Of a stretch of DNA of 64,000 nt, positions 1-12,411 are shown one piece after another. The stretch lies in assembly GCA_963707985.1 (NCBI GenBank), contig CAVPRW010000018.1:128001-192000 (forward strand), read 5' to 3'. The position numbers and the translations under genes are program-made. The notes beneath the pieces were generated by a model. It was not told the DNA's origin, searched no databases, and was given only the letters and a program-made list of their open reading frames with translations. This DNA is from an uncultured Nitrospinota bacterium. Lineage in GTDB: Bacteria; Tectomicrobia; Entotheonellia; J063; CAVPRW01. Positions within the stretch are counted from its first letter, which is position 1, and the number at the start of each line of letters is the position of its first letter.

Positions 1-141
1 TTCTCCTCTCCGGGTCTCTGAAATTCGCCGACACGGCGTGAAGACTCGTGCCGCCACCGGCAGTCGGCGGCGCCGTGATCTTGGCGTTGGAAGAGAGACT
101 CAGTGTCCGCCGTTAGGAGTCATTGCGGAGTCTGCGCTGCC

Positions 142-810
142 CTAAGGACTTGTGGATGGGCTGCGCAGATTCACAATCAGGATGTAGACGCTGACCACAC
201 ACACCCACCCAGGAAAGATCAGTATCACCCACAGGCTCGAACTGATGCTCAGCAGCAGCCCCAGCGCTAGCGCATAGGTGAACAACGTCAGCCAGCGCGG
301 CATGACCCGCGTCCGGACCCATGTCGTCCCCAACGAGATCATGAACACCCCGGCCATCTTGATGCCGTAGACGTTGGTGATGTGGTACATCACCGTCCGA
401 GCGAACGTATAGACGCCGCTGTCCATGAGTCTTCTAGATTCGAAGGCGTAGGCGGCCAGGGTCCCGCCGGCGAGCGCTGCCGAGGCAAACATCATGGCCA
501 GGAACAGCAGCCCGCTGCCAAAGAACACGGTCGAGAAGAACTGGTCCTCTAACCGCCCGAGGTGGTCACGTACTACGCCCATGAACCATAAGAAGGCGAT
601 GCCTGCGAACGGCAGCAGACTCAGCGCCAGCCTGACGATTCCTGCCCTCTCTTTTAGCCATACGCCGCCATCTTCCGGATTGGCAGGGATGGACAACCGG
701 ATGAGCACAACGCTGGTGCTGAACAGCACCGCAAAGAGGATGCCGGCGAGGGCGGCGGCGCGCGGCGTCTTGAGTTTCTGGCTTGTGAAGCGAAGCTGTC
801 CGTCAGGCAT
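142..810 (-). CDS. Multi-pass membrane protein of unknown function
   Basis: ORF with about 6 hydrophobic segments. Start moved to ATG 810 (MPDGQLRF), which follows GGAGGAAGCC. Confidence 0.75.
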   Translation of the reverse strand: MPDGQLRFTSQKLKTPRAAALAGILFAVLFSTSVVLIRLSIPANPEDGGVWLKERAGIVRLALSLLPFAGIAFLWFMGVVRDHLGRLEDQFFSTVFFGSGLLFLAMMFASAALAGGTLAAYAFESRRLMDSGVYTFARTVMYHITNVYGIKMAGVFMISLGTTWVRTRVMPRWLTLFTYALALGLLLSISSSLWVILIFPGWVCVVSVYILIVNLRSPSTSP

Positions 811-1003
811 GGCTTCCTCCACGGAGATGGCCTGGTCAGAGTGCCATGCGGCACGAGCGCCATGCCTCCTGTAACGTTCCGAGCCTAGGTCAGCACGCGT
901 TGGGCAAGCGTTCATCGAGCCGGACGCGGGCGTTAATCTGCTACAAGAGTGAGTTAAGGGGTCTTCACCATGGTGCCTGACGCCTCCAAACCCATCGCCT
1001 AGC

Positions 1004-3734
1004 TCACACCTTCGCTGGACTCTGACCGAAAGCGGCTATTTTGCCGACCTCAAGCATATGCTCGCCGTCCAGTGCCCCGAATAGTTGGATGACCGTGCCC
1101 ACCAGTCCCGTCCAGCCCGTCTGATGGTTGGCCCCGAGCCCGGCGCCGTTGTCGCCGTGAAAGTACTCATAGAACAGGAGATGGTCGCGCCAGTGCGGGT
1201 CGGACTGGAACTTCTCGGTCCCGCCGTAGACGGGACGCTGGCCACGCTCGTTCCGCAGGAAAATACGCGTGAGGCGATCCGCAATTTCCTTGGCGACCTC
1301 GAAAAGGTTCATCAGGCGGCCGGAGCCAGTGGGACACTCGATCGTGAAGTTGTCCCCATAGTACAGGTAGAAGCTCAAGAGCGCTCGGATGATCAGGGCA
1401 TTCACCGGAAACCAGATCGGCCCCCGCCAGTTGGAGTTGCCGCCGAACATGCCGCTATCCGATTCCGCTGGTAAGTACTCGACGCGGTATTCCTGCCCCC
1501 CGACGTGGAACACGTAAGGATGCCGTTCGTGGAATTTGGAGAGCGAACGAATGCCGTAGGGGCTGAGAAACTCACCCTCGTCGAGCATCTTCGAGAGCAC
1601 TCGGCGCAGTCGCTCCTGGGTCATCAGAGCGAATATCCCTCGCTCGCCCACGCCAAGATGGCCTGGGCCGGTGGGATGGATAAAGCGCAGCAACTCCGGC
1701 ATCTGGCGCAGGCGCTCGCGAAACAGCGTGGTCACACTCGGGACGCTTTCCCGCTGCCACGGCTCCACCACCGAAGTGGCGCATAGCGGCAGAAGGCCCA
1801 CCAGGGAGCGCACCTTGAGCCGCGTGGCGCTGCCGTCAGGAAGCCGCAGAATATCGTAGTAAAAGCCGTCCTCCTCATCCCACATGCCGTCCTCGCCACT
1901 GCGATTCATGCCGGCCGCAATCCACAGAAAATGGTCGAGGAACTTCGCGACCAGGGACTCGTAGCGTCGGGTCGTGGGTGGCGAGCTCTACCGCCAGCTC
2001 GCCCATGTTTTGGCAGAAGAGAGCCATCCAGGCGGTGCCGTCGGCTTGCTCCAGATAGCCACCGGTGGGCAGCGGGGCGCTGCGATCGAAGACGCCGATG
2101 TTATCGAGACCGAGGAAGCCGCCCTCGAACACGTTCCTGTCGAAGCGGTCCTTACGGTTGACCCACCAGGTGAAGTTGAGGAGGAGCTTATGGAAAGCCG
2201 ACTTCAGGAATGCCAGGTCGACCTCGCCGCGCAAGGCCTCTTCATTGCGCGTGAGGAACAGCGTGGCCCAGGCATGGACCGGCGGGTTCACATCGCTAAA
2301 ATTCCACTCGTAGGCTGGGATCTGACCGTTGGGATGGAGGTAGAGCCCAGTGAGCACGAGGTCAAGCTGCTGCTTGGCGAAGTCGGGGTCAACGGCCGCC
2401 AAGGCGATGGTGTGAAACGCCAGATCCCAGGCAGCATACCAGGGGTACTCCCACTTGTCGGGCATGGAGATGATATCGTCATTGACCATGTGGAACCAGT
2501 CGCTGTTGCGGGAGGTACGGCTGGCCGGGTGGAGGGGATGAGCGCCATGATCCTCTAGCCAGGTGTCGGCATTGAAGTAATAATATTGTTTGCTCCATAG
2601 CATGCCGCCGAGGGCCTGGCGCATGACGTTGGCCGCATCCGCCGACGCCGAGGGGGGCGTCACGTCCCGATAAAATGCATCCGCCTCCTGCAGGCGCGCC
2701 TGGAACACCGCGTCGAACGTCTCGAAAGGATCGGCCAGCGGCCCCAGCGCCGTGCGCCTCAGGCGCAGCCGGACGACCTGCGTACCCCCCGCCTCGACGC
2801 TGAGCTGGTAGTGGGGCGAGGCTTTAGTGCCCTGATGCGCAGGATTCACCGCATCCTGCTGCCCGTGGACGATGGCGTTGTCGATGCCATCCTTCACGTA
2901 GGGGCTCGGGTTCGGGGTGCCGAAGAGCCTGGCTGTGTTGGTCTCGTTCTCGGTGAACAGCACTGGGACCGTGCCCTCGCAGAAGAGGTCGTAGTCGTCT
3001 AAGGACTCCTGGAACAGCGGGTCGGTGTGGTGCACGTGGATCACACGGTGCCTCGTGCCCTCGACGGCTTGAAGGATTGGCTTGGAGCCGCCGTCAGGCC
3101 ACGACCAGGTGTTGCGGAACCAGAGAGTTGGGAGCAGATGCATGAGCGCAGCTTCAGGCCCACGATTGTGGACGCTGATGCGAATCAACAAATCTTCCGG
3201 CGCCGCCTTGGCATACTCGACCACGACGTCGAAGTAGCGGTTGTCGTTGAAGATACCCGTGTCGAGGAGCTCATATTCCATCTCCTGCCGTGAGCGCCGG
3301 CGATTGGTTTCGACCAGGTTGCTATAGGGATAGGCCGCCTGGGGGTACTTGTACAGATACTTCATGTAGGAGTGGGTCGGCGTGCTGTCGAGGTAGAAGT
3401 AGTACTCCTTTACATCTTCGCCATGATTGCCTTCGCTATTAGTCAACCCGAACAGCCGCTCCTTGAGGATCGGATCCTTGCCGTTCCAGAGCGCCAGCGC
3501 AAAGCATAACACCTGATGGTCGTCACAGATTCCTGCCAGCCCATCCTCACCCCAGCGATAGGCGCGGGAGCGGGCCTGATCATGGGTGAAATAGTTCCAG
3601 GCGTCGCCGTTGTCGCTGTAATCCTCCCGCACGGTGCCCCACTGCCGCTCGCTCAAGTATGGGCCCCATTTGCGCCATGGTACATGTATTTCCCGCACCT
3701 CCTGCAAGCGCTCATGCTCTGTTGTAGTCGCCAT
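1004..3734 (-). CDS. GH63 / MGH1-like glucosidase, split by one frameshift near 1964
   Basis: The N-part has [18 protein letters not shown] and [20 protein letters not shown]. The C-part has [11 protein letters not shown] and [18 protein letters not shown]. Removing one base joins them as ...[24 protein letters not shown]. Confidence 0.9.
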
Positions 3735-3894
3735 CCTCTAGTCTCCCTATGATGCAGCGTAGAAGTGTGCTTGGTAATGCCAGCTGCCGGGTATGGTGCC
3801 ATGGTCGCAACCCTGACTGCAAGTCCATTATGCTGAGGATACGTCGGCCTAGACACCGAAATACACTCCGCCAATAACGCACGTATGAGCCTCT

Positions 3895-4576
3895 TCACCG
3901 AGAGCAGCGGTATGCGCTCGTTCCTGGCTGGCCAGGCTCAGCCGCCGGGAAGAGGAGCGTACGCGTGTGACGAGCGATCGTCAGATCCTCGTTGGTGGGA
4001 ACCACCCGCACCGTGCAGGCGCTCTGCGGCATGGAGATCACCTCAGCATGCACCGCATTCTGCTGGGGGTCGAGGGCGATGCCCAGATACGCCAGTCCCT
4101 GGCAAACTTCCCAGCGTACTGGGTCGGCGCTCGCCGATGCCACCGGTGAAGACCAGGGTATCGAGGCCGCCAAGCACCGCAGTCAGCGCACCGATGTACT
4201 TGCGGAGCTGGTAGCAAAAGAGCTCCACGGCCTGGGCCGCGTGTGGCTCGCGCCGCCGCTGCTCCAGCAGCGTCTTCATGGCGGGGCTCAAACCAGATAC
4301 CCCGAGCAGTCCCGCCTGCTGGTTCACCAACGCGTCAAGCTGGCTCGCGTCATAGCCCTTGTCATGCATGAAGTGAATGATCACCCCAGGATCGAGATCG
4401 CCGCTGCGAGTACCCATCATGATGCCGCCGGTCGGCGTAAAACCCATGCTGGTATCGAGTGGCTGACCGTTGTATACTGCCGCTAGGCTGGCGCCATTGC
4501 CTAGATGTGCGATAATCAGACGCCCCCGGACCGCAGTGCCGAGGCTTGCCACGATGTACTCATACGAGAGGCCATG
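3895..4576 (-). pseudogene. ackA: Acetate kinase, C-terminal half only, with an internal frameshift near 4115
   Basis: Motifs [43 protein letters not shown] and PTNE..IAR are present. The N-terminal half is absent. Confidence 0.85.
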
Positions 4577-5665
4577 GATGTACTCTTTGTGCTCGATCAG
4601 CTTGTCGCGTACGGCCTGCATAGCATAGGCCGCAAGGTAGCCCAGCGTGGGCACGCATCGATGACGTCCTTCGACCACATGGAAACGGTCCAGATCCGTT
4701 CCGCACCACCATGTCGAACGGCGGTCGTGGTGGTGACTCCTCCTCTTTATAGCCGCGGACGTGGAGATTTTGGTGGATTCGTCCGGCGGTAGGTAAGGCG
4801 GTGGATCAGCCAGGGATAGCCGTGATAGGCGAAAATGATCGGTTTATCGGTGGTGAATAGAGCGTCGAAGTCACGCTCCGACAGGCCATGAGGATGCTCT
4901 TCCACCGGCTGGAGCACCATCAAATCCACCACGTTGACCACACGAATTTTGAGCTCCGGGATATGTCGGCGCAAGAGATCGACCGCCGCCAGGGTCTCCA
5001 GGGTGGGAATGTCGCCGCAGCAGGCCATCACCACATCGGGTTCCATGCCTCTGTCATTGCTCGCCCACTCCCAGATGCCGATGCCGGCAGTGCAGTGCTT
5101 GATGGCGGCGTCCATATCCAGGTACTGCAAGGCCGGTTGCTTGCCGGCGACGATCACGTTCACGTAATTACGGCTACGCAGACAATGATCGGTGACGGAG
5201 AGCAAAGTGTTGGCATCGGGAGGAAAGTACACCCGGATCACGTCAGCCTTCTTGTTCACCACATGATCGATGAAACCTGGGTCCTGATGGGAAAAGCCGT
5301 TATGGTCCTGGCGCCAGACATGCGAGCTTAGCAGATAGTTCAGCGAGGCAATCGGCCGCCGCCAGGGAATCTCGCTGTCAGTCACCTTGAGCCACTTGGC
5401 GTGTTGGTTGAACATGGAATCGACCACGTGTACGAAAGCCTCGTAGGTGTTCAACAACCCGTGGCGGCCGGTCAGTAGATAGCCTTCCAGCCAACCCTGG
5501 CAGGTATGCTCGCTGAGGATCTCCATCACCCGCCCGTCGGGGGACAGGTGGTCATCCTCAGGCAGCGTGTCGGCCACCCAGGTGCGCTCGGTCGTCTCAA
5601 AGAGGGGGGTGAGACGGTTCGAGGCCGTTTCATCGGGGCCAAACACCCGGAAATTCCGCTGCCCT
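4577..5665 (-). pseudogene. xfp: Phosphoketolase (XFP), C-terminal part only, frameshifted
   Basis: Motifs [68 protein letters not shown] and [11 protein letters not shown] are present. The N-terminal half is missing upstream of ~5665. Confidence 0.85.
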
Positions 5666-5983
5666 ATAATGTACCTCCGATAGACCGTTCAGAGCGCCAG
5701 CAGTAAACCACGCATCTATCTGGCCGCGGTAGTGTCCGCTTCAATACCACTTCCGCACCAGATCGAAAACGGCACTCATGGCATGAGTACACCGGCGCAT
5801 GCAGCCTTTAACAAGAACCCCTTGAGAGGTGCCATCGCGTGCTTTTGGCTTGACACGAGCTCAGGTCTGCAGTACTGACACACCATGCATGGAATGTGTC
5901 CGTCGACACGAAGGCGCGTCGCCCAACAGGCCTGACGACGCCGGGGTGGGAGCGGGAGCTGAAGTCATACGGAGGCCCACACG

Positions 5984-6409
5984 ATGATGCCAGAGTTGTC
6001 ACCGACATTGCAAACCATGGTCGAGCAATCAGACCTACTGCGGCTGGCCTTTGTCGATCGCCAGGGCTATCCGCGTGTGGTGCCGGTGTGGTTTGTGGCG
6101 ATCGACGGCGCCTACTACATCGGCATCGGCACCACCAGCGCCAAGTGGAAAGCCATGCAGCGCAGCCCCCGCGTTGGCTGGGTCATCGATGGTGGAACGC
6201 GGGGTCACTACCAGGGTGTCTCCATACGTGGCCTTGCCGAAGAGGTGCGCGAGGCCACTTGGCGTGCCAGGGTCTATGAGGCGCTGGGAAAGAAGTATTT
6301 CGGGGCCGCCGATGATGCGGAATTCATCAACATCTTTGGGTTGGTCGATGATCCTGAATCGGTCTATGTACGACTGATCCCTGATGCTGCGCTGACATGG
6401 GAGCATTGA
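5984..6409 (+). CDS. Pyridoxamine 5'-phosphate oxidase-like (split-barrel flavin-binding) protein
   Basis: LAFVDRQGYPRVVPVWF, SAKWKAMQRSPRV and YQGVSIRGLAE match the family pattern. GGAGG lies upstream. Confidence 0.75.
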   Translation: MMPELSPTLQTMVEQSDLLRLAFVDRQGYPRVVPVWFVAIDGAYYIGIGTTSAKWKAMQRSPRVGWVIDGGTRGHYQGVSIRGLAEEVREATWRARVYEALGKKYFGAADDAEFINIFGLVDDPESVYVRLIPDAALTWEH

Positions 6410-6414
6410 GCCGT

Positions 6415-7446
6415 ATGCCTGACCTGACCCGACTGACCCTTGAGCAGGTGCACGCCCTAGTGTTGCAGGTGTTATGTGCCCAGGGTGTCTCGGACCCCCA
6501 TGCGCGAGCCATTGCTGACACCATTACGGCGGCGGAACGGGATGACTGTAGGTCTCATGGCTTGTTCCGTCTGCCGGGTTATGTTAGGTCGGTGCAGAGC
6601 GGCAAGGTGACCCCCGACGCGGTACCCCAGGTGCACGAACTGGCGCCGGCAGTCGTGCAGGTGGATGGTCAGAATGGTTTTGCGCCATTGGCGCTGCAGA
6701 TCGGTTCTACGCCACTGGCAGAGAAGGCACGCCGTCACGGCATCGCCGCCCTGGCGGTGACACGAATCTATCATTTTGCCGCCTTATGGCCAGAGGTCGA
6801 GGCGCTCGCAGCGCAAGGCCTGGTGGCGCTCGCCTGCACCGCCGCCATGAGCTATGTGGCGCCGGCGGGAGGAAGCAAGCCGCTCTACGGTACGAACCCG
6901 ATGGCGTTCGCCTGGCCGCGGCCTGGGCATCCGCCCTTGGTCTTCGATCAGGCGTCGAGCGCCAGTGCACGCGGCGAAATCCAGCTCCATCTCCGCGATG
7001 GCCGCCCCATTCCGGCGGGCTGGGCCATTGATGCTGCGGGACATTCCACCACCGATCCAGCCGCAGCGCTGGCCGGTGCCCAACTGCCATTTGGTGGCTA
7101 CAAGGGAGCGGCGATCGCGCTGATGATTGAATTACTCGCGGGCGCGCTGATCGGCGAGGTGTTCAGCTTTGAGGCCTCAGCGCTGGATAACAACGATGGC
7201 GGGCCTCCTGTCGGAGGTGAGTTGATCATCGCCCTTGATCCGGCACGCTGTCTTGGGCATGGTGACCGGAAGGGACAGCTCGCGCATGCTGAACGCCTGT
7301 TTACCAAGGTCCTGGCGCAAGAGGGGACGCGCTTACCGTCGGATCGGCGCTATGCCGCACGGCAGCGCACGCCGACGCAAGGGATTACCATTCCACGGGC
7401 GCTGTATGAGGAGTTACAACAGTTGGCTATGCGCCAGACCTCATAA
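6415..7446 (+). CDS. Ldh_2 (YiaK/ComC-type malate/L-lactate dehydrogenase family) oxidoreductase
   Basis: Motifs SHGLFRL, HFAALWPEVE, YGTNPMAFAWP and LPFGGYKG. Confidence 0.9.
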   Translation: MPDLTRLTLEQVHALVLQVLCAQGVSDPHARAIADTITAAERDDCRSHGLFRLPGYVRSVQSGKVTPDAVPQVHELAPAVVQVDGQNGFAPLALQIGSTPLAEKARRHGIAALAVTRIYHFAALWPEVEALAAQGLVALACTAAMSYVAPAGGSKPLYGTNPMAFAWPRPGHPPLVFDQASSASARGEIQLHLRDGRPIPAGWAIDAAGHSTTDPAAALAGAQLPFGGYKGAAIALMIELLAGALIGEVFSFEASALDNNDGGPPVGGELIIALDPARCLGHGDRKGQLAHAERLFTKVLAQEGTRLPSDRRYAARQRTPTQGITIPRALYEELQQLAMRQTS

Positions 7447-7481
7447 AACCGCAATAGAACTGGAGCAGTATTGAGTCTCCG

Positions 7482-7958
7482 TCAAGCTCTGTCAAAGGGT
7501 GGCGCCCCTCTGCGCGCCATCTCCTCCAGCTCATGTAGCGCCTGCATGGCGGCCTCATACGCTTCGGGCTCGCGTACATCCAGCTCCAGGGCAGCAAATT
7601 CATCGAGGTCGAGCCTCAGCAACTGTTGGCGATCTGGTGCCACAAATAAATCCAGTTCCAGGTCCTCGGAGGTGACCACGTCGCCTTCAAAGCAGGCGGG
7701 GCGGGTGATATTGCAGTACCATCCCTTGAGAACACCCTCGGCACTCCGCACTTCGAAGATGTTATACCAACGTGCACTATAGTAGTGCTCGAAGAAATGG
7801 TCTCCAGGGGCGAAGACCACGTAGCCCAGGTCCATCGCCCGGCGTTCCCAGCGCGCGTGTACCAGCATGTGCCCCGGCTCTTCTAGCAAGATCGCGCCTT
7901 CGTAGATGACGGTCCTCTGTTTGCGCGGTTTGACAAGATGCACTTTGATCTGTTGCAT
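7482..7958 (-). CDS. DUF402 domain protein
   Basis: Motifs WYNIFEV, KGWYCNITRP, DLELDLFV and LDLDEF. Confidence 0.8.
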   Translation of the reverse strand: MQQIKVHLVKPRKQRTVIYEGAILLEEPGHMLVHARWERRAMDLGYVVFAPGDHFFEHYYSARWYNIFEVRSAEGVLKGWYCNITRPACFEGDVVTSEDLELDLFVAPDRQQLLRLDLDEFAALELDVREPEAYEAAMQALHELEEMARRGAPPFDRA

Positions 7959-8083
7959 GAGTTTCCCTGGAGCACGTATTTGCTCTGGACATCGACATTT
8001 TCACAGGGTACAACTGCACATGACACGGCCGTTATCTCTGTGGTGAGACATGCGAAGCTGGGAGCTTTATACACCTTTTGACA

Positions 8084-8318
8084 GATGAGCGGCAAGCGGG
8101 AAAGCGGCGGAAGTACGCGGCATGCGGGCAGCCGCAACATGAAAAACGGCCTCGCCATGATGATTCATGCGGCTGGGGCGATTGGGGACTTAGGGATCCA
8201 AACTCGCCGGCGACGTTGTCATCGCCTATGTCCTGGCTGAGCTACAAGGCGGCCTGAGGACCAAATACCTCCTCGAGCACGGCTATAAAACGGATGTCGC
8301 GGTCGTCACCGAACCCTT
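8084..8318 (+). pseudogene. Internal fragment of an M20 (ArgE/DapE-like) metallopeptidase
   Basis: Manual translation gives GSRNMKNGLAMMIHAA, then after a frameshift LAGDVVIAYVLAELQGGLRTKYLLEHGYKTDVAVVTEP. This follows the M20 pattern G.DMKGG...E..GG...AVV.EP. No full ORF. Confidence 0.5.
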
Positions 8319-8424
8319 GGGGTCTCAGGGGAAGGGGGTTTCGGATGGGTCAAGCAGGAGAGGGTCTGAGGCGGGCGAGGTATTTGGCTTGATTACCTCG
8401 CTCACCTCAGCTCTGCATCAGTAG

Positions 8425-9499
8425 TTATGATATCTGGTTTCCAAAAAATTCCGCCATGATCGTTTCACACCACGTTTCCTGGGCTCTAAACCAATCCTCA
8501 TCGGCATAGGTTTTCCACTTTTCCCTGGACGGTTCAGCGATCAATGATCTCAGGGCTCCGAGGTCATAATTTTCTATGTTCAAGCGCGAGAATAAGTCTG
8601 CTAATTGCTTTTCTGGCTCATCCAGGAGAGATTCATAGGAGAGGGAGTAATCCGAATACTTCACGCCAAATAGATAGGAGAGCTTCCACACCAAATAAAA
8701 CATTTGGTAGGCATGAGTCATCCTCGATTCGTCGAGGAATGGGAAGTGATATTTGAGATCATGGGCCCATCCCCGCAAATAAAATTTGTCGTGGGGAGAA
8801 AAGCCGGCCATGTGACGCATCCTTTGGGTAACACGCCACATCCATAAGGGTCGAGCACCACTGCTCCCTCGGATGCCGATACAGATGAACGATTGAGGCG
8901 TGAGGAAAGTGGTGTCGGAACCAGGGGAGACGGAAATCGATGCGGTTGAACTGCAAGACTGGCCTGGCGCGTGCCTTTTCGATAAGCCGCTCAACATACT
9001 GCTTCATCTGAGGATCCCACATTTCACCATCCATCAGCAAGTCTTTACTGATCCACTCCAGTCGATAGAATTGGCCAAGTTCCTCGAGTCCTTCGTACTC
9101 TCGCCAATAGTCATCAACATGTCTATGCGTTGTATCGATGCGGTCGCCCCGTGAGGATGGATCAAACCAGCGCCGCTCGTTGAACGGCTCATAGTACGCG
9201 GTCATCCCATCGACGTGACGGAATAAATTCCAGAGCAGCGTCGAGCCACTGCGAAACCGCGCGGTGATGAAAATGGCATCATCGCGATGGCTGATCCGAC
9301 CGTGCAGGTTATTCTTCATGAGCCCTGCATACGGTGGGATCAAGGCGTGCAGGTCCCTGGAGGAGAGATGCGCATGACCTCGCTTGGGCGGCCGCATAGT
9401 CTCCTCACGGAGATCCTGGACGGCCGTGCTCTCCACCATTCTCCTGAGAGCGGAGAGGACACTCTTCTTCACAAGTCCTGAAACGAATTCTGAAAGCAT
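8425..9499 (-). CDS. Sulfotransferase family protein, frameshifted near 8810
   Basis: PAPS 5'-loop IFITARFRSGSTLLW, then YEP and HLYRHPR in one frame. SYESLLDEPE follows in the next frame. Confidence 0.8.
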
Positions 9500-9907
9500 G
9501 GCCTTTCCTCTTCCAAATGTTCCATTCTTATACCCCGTCCCGATTCTGGAGGGACTGGCACTGCGCAGAGCATTGCCTGACCACGGTCAAGAGCCTTGAT
9601 AGTCGAGCAGTATTAGACAAGCTTTTACGTACCTGTATGATTGCGCCACTAGGAGCCTTTTGATCGAGAGCCTGTTATGTAAATCGGCTGCCAGGCACGG
9701 TACTTGATTGACGTATGAGGCTCGGCAGGACAGGACCAAGGCTTCCTGACGACCGCACCGGAGACGGGACCGTCAGGCCCACAGTCACCCACCCCCATCC
9801 CCAAGATTAGCGTTGACGCCGCCGGCCAGCCCGATTACACTCGCGCCCACGCATCTGCATGAAACAGGTATGCTTGAGCCGAATGCGCAGACCAGAGGAG
9901 GGGTACG

Positions 9908-10330
9908 ATGCCATATCAGAAAGCTGTCCTGAGCTTGGATGACGCGCAACGAGCCATGGCGCTCATGCTTCAAGAAGCCGGCAAGGCGCCGAATCGTCCG
10001 CTCGCCATCGCTATTGTTGACGATCAGGGCGAATTAGTCAGCTATGCCCGCATGGACAAGTGCGCACCGCAGCCACCGATCATTGCCAGGAAGAAGGCCT
10101 ACACGGCGGCTCGGACGCGCAGCGACACCGTCGCGTATGCGGAGCGCTTAAAGGGCCAGGGACGGTCCGTGACCGAATTCGGGGATCCCAACCTGCTCGC
10201 CTTACAGGGCGGTGTGGTGATCATCAACCCGGCCGATCAGAGCGTGCTTGGTGGGATTGGGGTAAGCGGCCTCGCGGCGGAGGAAGATGAAGCCCTCGCC
10301 AAGATGGGACTGAAAGCGATCGTGGGATAG
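9908..10330 (+). CDS. GlcG/HbpS family heme-binding protein
   Basis: Motifs IAIVDDQGEL..YARMD, IARKKAYTAA and GGIGVSG..AEEDE. RBS GGAGG. Confidence 0.85.
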   Translation: MPYQKAVLSLDDAQRAMALMLQEAGKAPNRPLAIAIVDDQGELVSYARMDKCAPQPPIIARKKAYTAARTRSDTVAYAERLKGQGRSVTEFGDPNLLALQGGVVIINPADQSVLGGIGVSGLAAEEDEALAKMGLKAIVG

Positions 10331-10587
10331 CCAGGCACAGGCGTCGCAGACCGGGGGCATAAGTGCCCCTGGTCCATCCCCTCATGTCTGCTTCCCCCTT
10401 CGGCCGCGACGGCCCACGCATCAGCATGAGTTGTCTTGACAAATCCAGCCGATATTCCTATGCTCGCACCCCTGCATCACACCTGCGATACTGTCCCTCG
10501 GAGGGGCCAATTTCGGAGTCAAAACGTCGAGAAGCGGAGGCAGGAGGATGCCCATCCCGGCACTCTGCTACTCATTGGAGATGACTT

Positions 10588-11797
10588 ATGTATGATCTCG
10601 TCCTCAAAGGTGGTACCGTGGTGGACCCCTCGATGAGCCTCCACGGCGTATACGATATTGCGGTCCAAGATGGCAGGATTGCGAGCATCGCGTCGACGAT
10701 CGCTCGCGAGGAGGCGACTCGCGTGCTGGAGGTCGCGGGCTCGCTGGTCACGCCCGGCTTGATCGACCTCCATGCCCACGTCTTCGAAGGGTTTAATGGC
10801 AACGGGGTGCATCCCGACCTCGGAGGGGTGTACGCCGGGGTGACTACGATCGTGGACGCAGGCAGCTCTGGCTGCGCTACATTCCGCGGCTTCCCACGCC
10901 ATATCATCCCTGAGTGCCACACCGAGATTATCCCCTTTTTGCACATCTGCCAGACGGGGCTGGCGACCAGTCCGGATATCATCGCTGAAGGCAGCATCGA
11001 CCTCGAAGGCACCTTACGCGTGGCCGACCAATATAAGGGGCTGATCTGCGGTATCAAGGCCCGTATGGTGTCACCCGCGCTGGAGATCCTCGGCATGGAG
11101 ATGCCCCGGCTGGCCAAGCGCGCCGCCCGCGAGAGCGGTATTAAGCTGATGGTACACATCGGCGATACGGAGAAGCGCTACGATCCGAATGTGATCCGCT
11201 CCTTATTACCGCTCCTGGACGACGGCGACATTCTCACCCATTACTTTACCGCCAATCCTGGGGGCGTGCTGGATGCCAATGGTCGGCTGGTGCCTGAAGC
11301 CCGGGAGGCCGCAGCGCGGGGGGTGTGGCTTGATACCGCGCATGGGCGAAGCAACTTCAGCTTTGACGTCGGACGTCGCTGTATCGATCAAGGGCTTTTG
11401 CCACACTGTATCAGTACCGATCTGACGGTGCCTGGACGTCTCAATACAGTCCATAGCATGACAGAAATGATGACGCGGTTTCTGGGGCTGGGGTTCACCC
11501 TGGAGCAAGTCATCACCATGTGTACGGCCAACCCGGCCAAAGCCATCGGGGCGGCGGATCGGCTAGGAAGCCTGGGGGTGGGACGGCAGGCGGACGTTTC
11601 GGTGCTGCAGATTCACGACGGGGACTGGGTGGTATACGACGTGCTGGGCGCCAGTTTACGCGTCACGCAGGCCGTCGTGCCGGTGTTGACCGTGAAGCGC
11701 GGCGAGGTGTTCATGCGCGACTGGGGTCCGCGGCCTTGGGGCTGGGAGCCGGATCCTGCGCCATTGGGAGAGACGCACCTTCAAAAGCTGCTGCTAG
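10588..11797 (+). CDS. Amidohydrolase/deacetylase family metallohydrolase (dihydroorotase-like)
   Basis: Motifs GLIDLHAH, GIKAR, MVHIG, LTHYF, DTAHG and ISTD. The ORF track reads through into the next gene. A +1-frame stop (..FKSCC-TAG 11797) and a strong downstream RBS suggest the real end is here. Confidence 0.8.
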
Positions 11798-11835
11798 GCA
11801 TCAATAGGCCTGGAACCCATGAGAGGAGGTGCCGC

Positions 11836-12411
11836 ATGGCGGCCCATACCGACCCCAACCAGGTGCGCTTGACGGGGGAGAACCAGTACATGCGTCTGCA
11901 TACTGAAGAGAATGGTCCGATGACCACGCGTGCCAGCCACTGGCGTATCCTCCTCTCGCCCGCTGGTCCTGGCCACGTGCTGTTCCTGCGCAGCGATGTG
12001 ACCGAGGATGAGAGCCGCATCTATTCGGACAACATCGCCCTCGCGCGCTGGCTTCAACAGGAAGTTCTCAGCGCTGGCGAGTTCTCCGATCAAACACTTC
12101 CGGTCATCGACGCTGTGTTCTCCAGATCAGGTGATACACGCGCCTTCTGGACGGAAATCGTCGAGACACCGGATGAGGACATTGCCCTCACCTGGTACGA
12201 TTTCGGCGAAGCCTTTGTGATCAGCGTCCCAGTTGGCAGCGTTCCCGAACGGCCACTGGGGTGGACCAGCGTCTTCGTGCCTGCCCGACGAGTGCAACTC
12301 ACGCTGAACGGCCGCATAGCCAGCGGGCGACCCTTTCCCGAGCCGCGTGGCGATCGCATGAGCAGCACAGCCGGCTTGGCCTTATCGGAGACTTGGCTGC
12401 GCCCGTCCTAA
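11836..12411 (+). CDS. Hypothetical protein (MAAHTDPNQVRLTGENQY...)
   Basis: GAGAGGAGG lies just before ATG 11836. The sequence is unrelated to the amidohydrolase fold. Confidence 0.65.
   Translation: MAAHTDPNQVRLTGENQYMRLHTEENGPMTTRASHWRILLSPAGPGHVLFLRSDVTEDESRIYSDNIALARWLQQEVLSAGEFSDQTLPVIDAVFSRSGDTRAFWTEIVETPDEDIALTWYDFGEAFVISVPVGSVPERPLGWTSVFVPARRVQLTLNGRIASGRPFPEPRGDRMSSTAGLALSETWLRPS

Noticed and set aside
10588..12411. 607-aa amidohydrolase fusion protein in the ORF track
   Set aside because: A strong internal RBS and ATG at 11836, plus a +1-frame stop at 11797, point to two genes joined by an indel.
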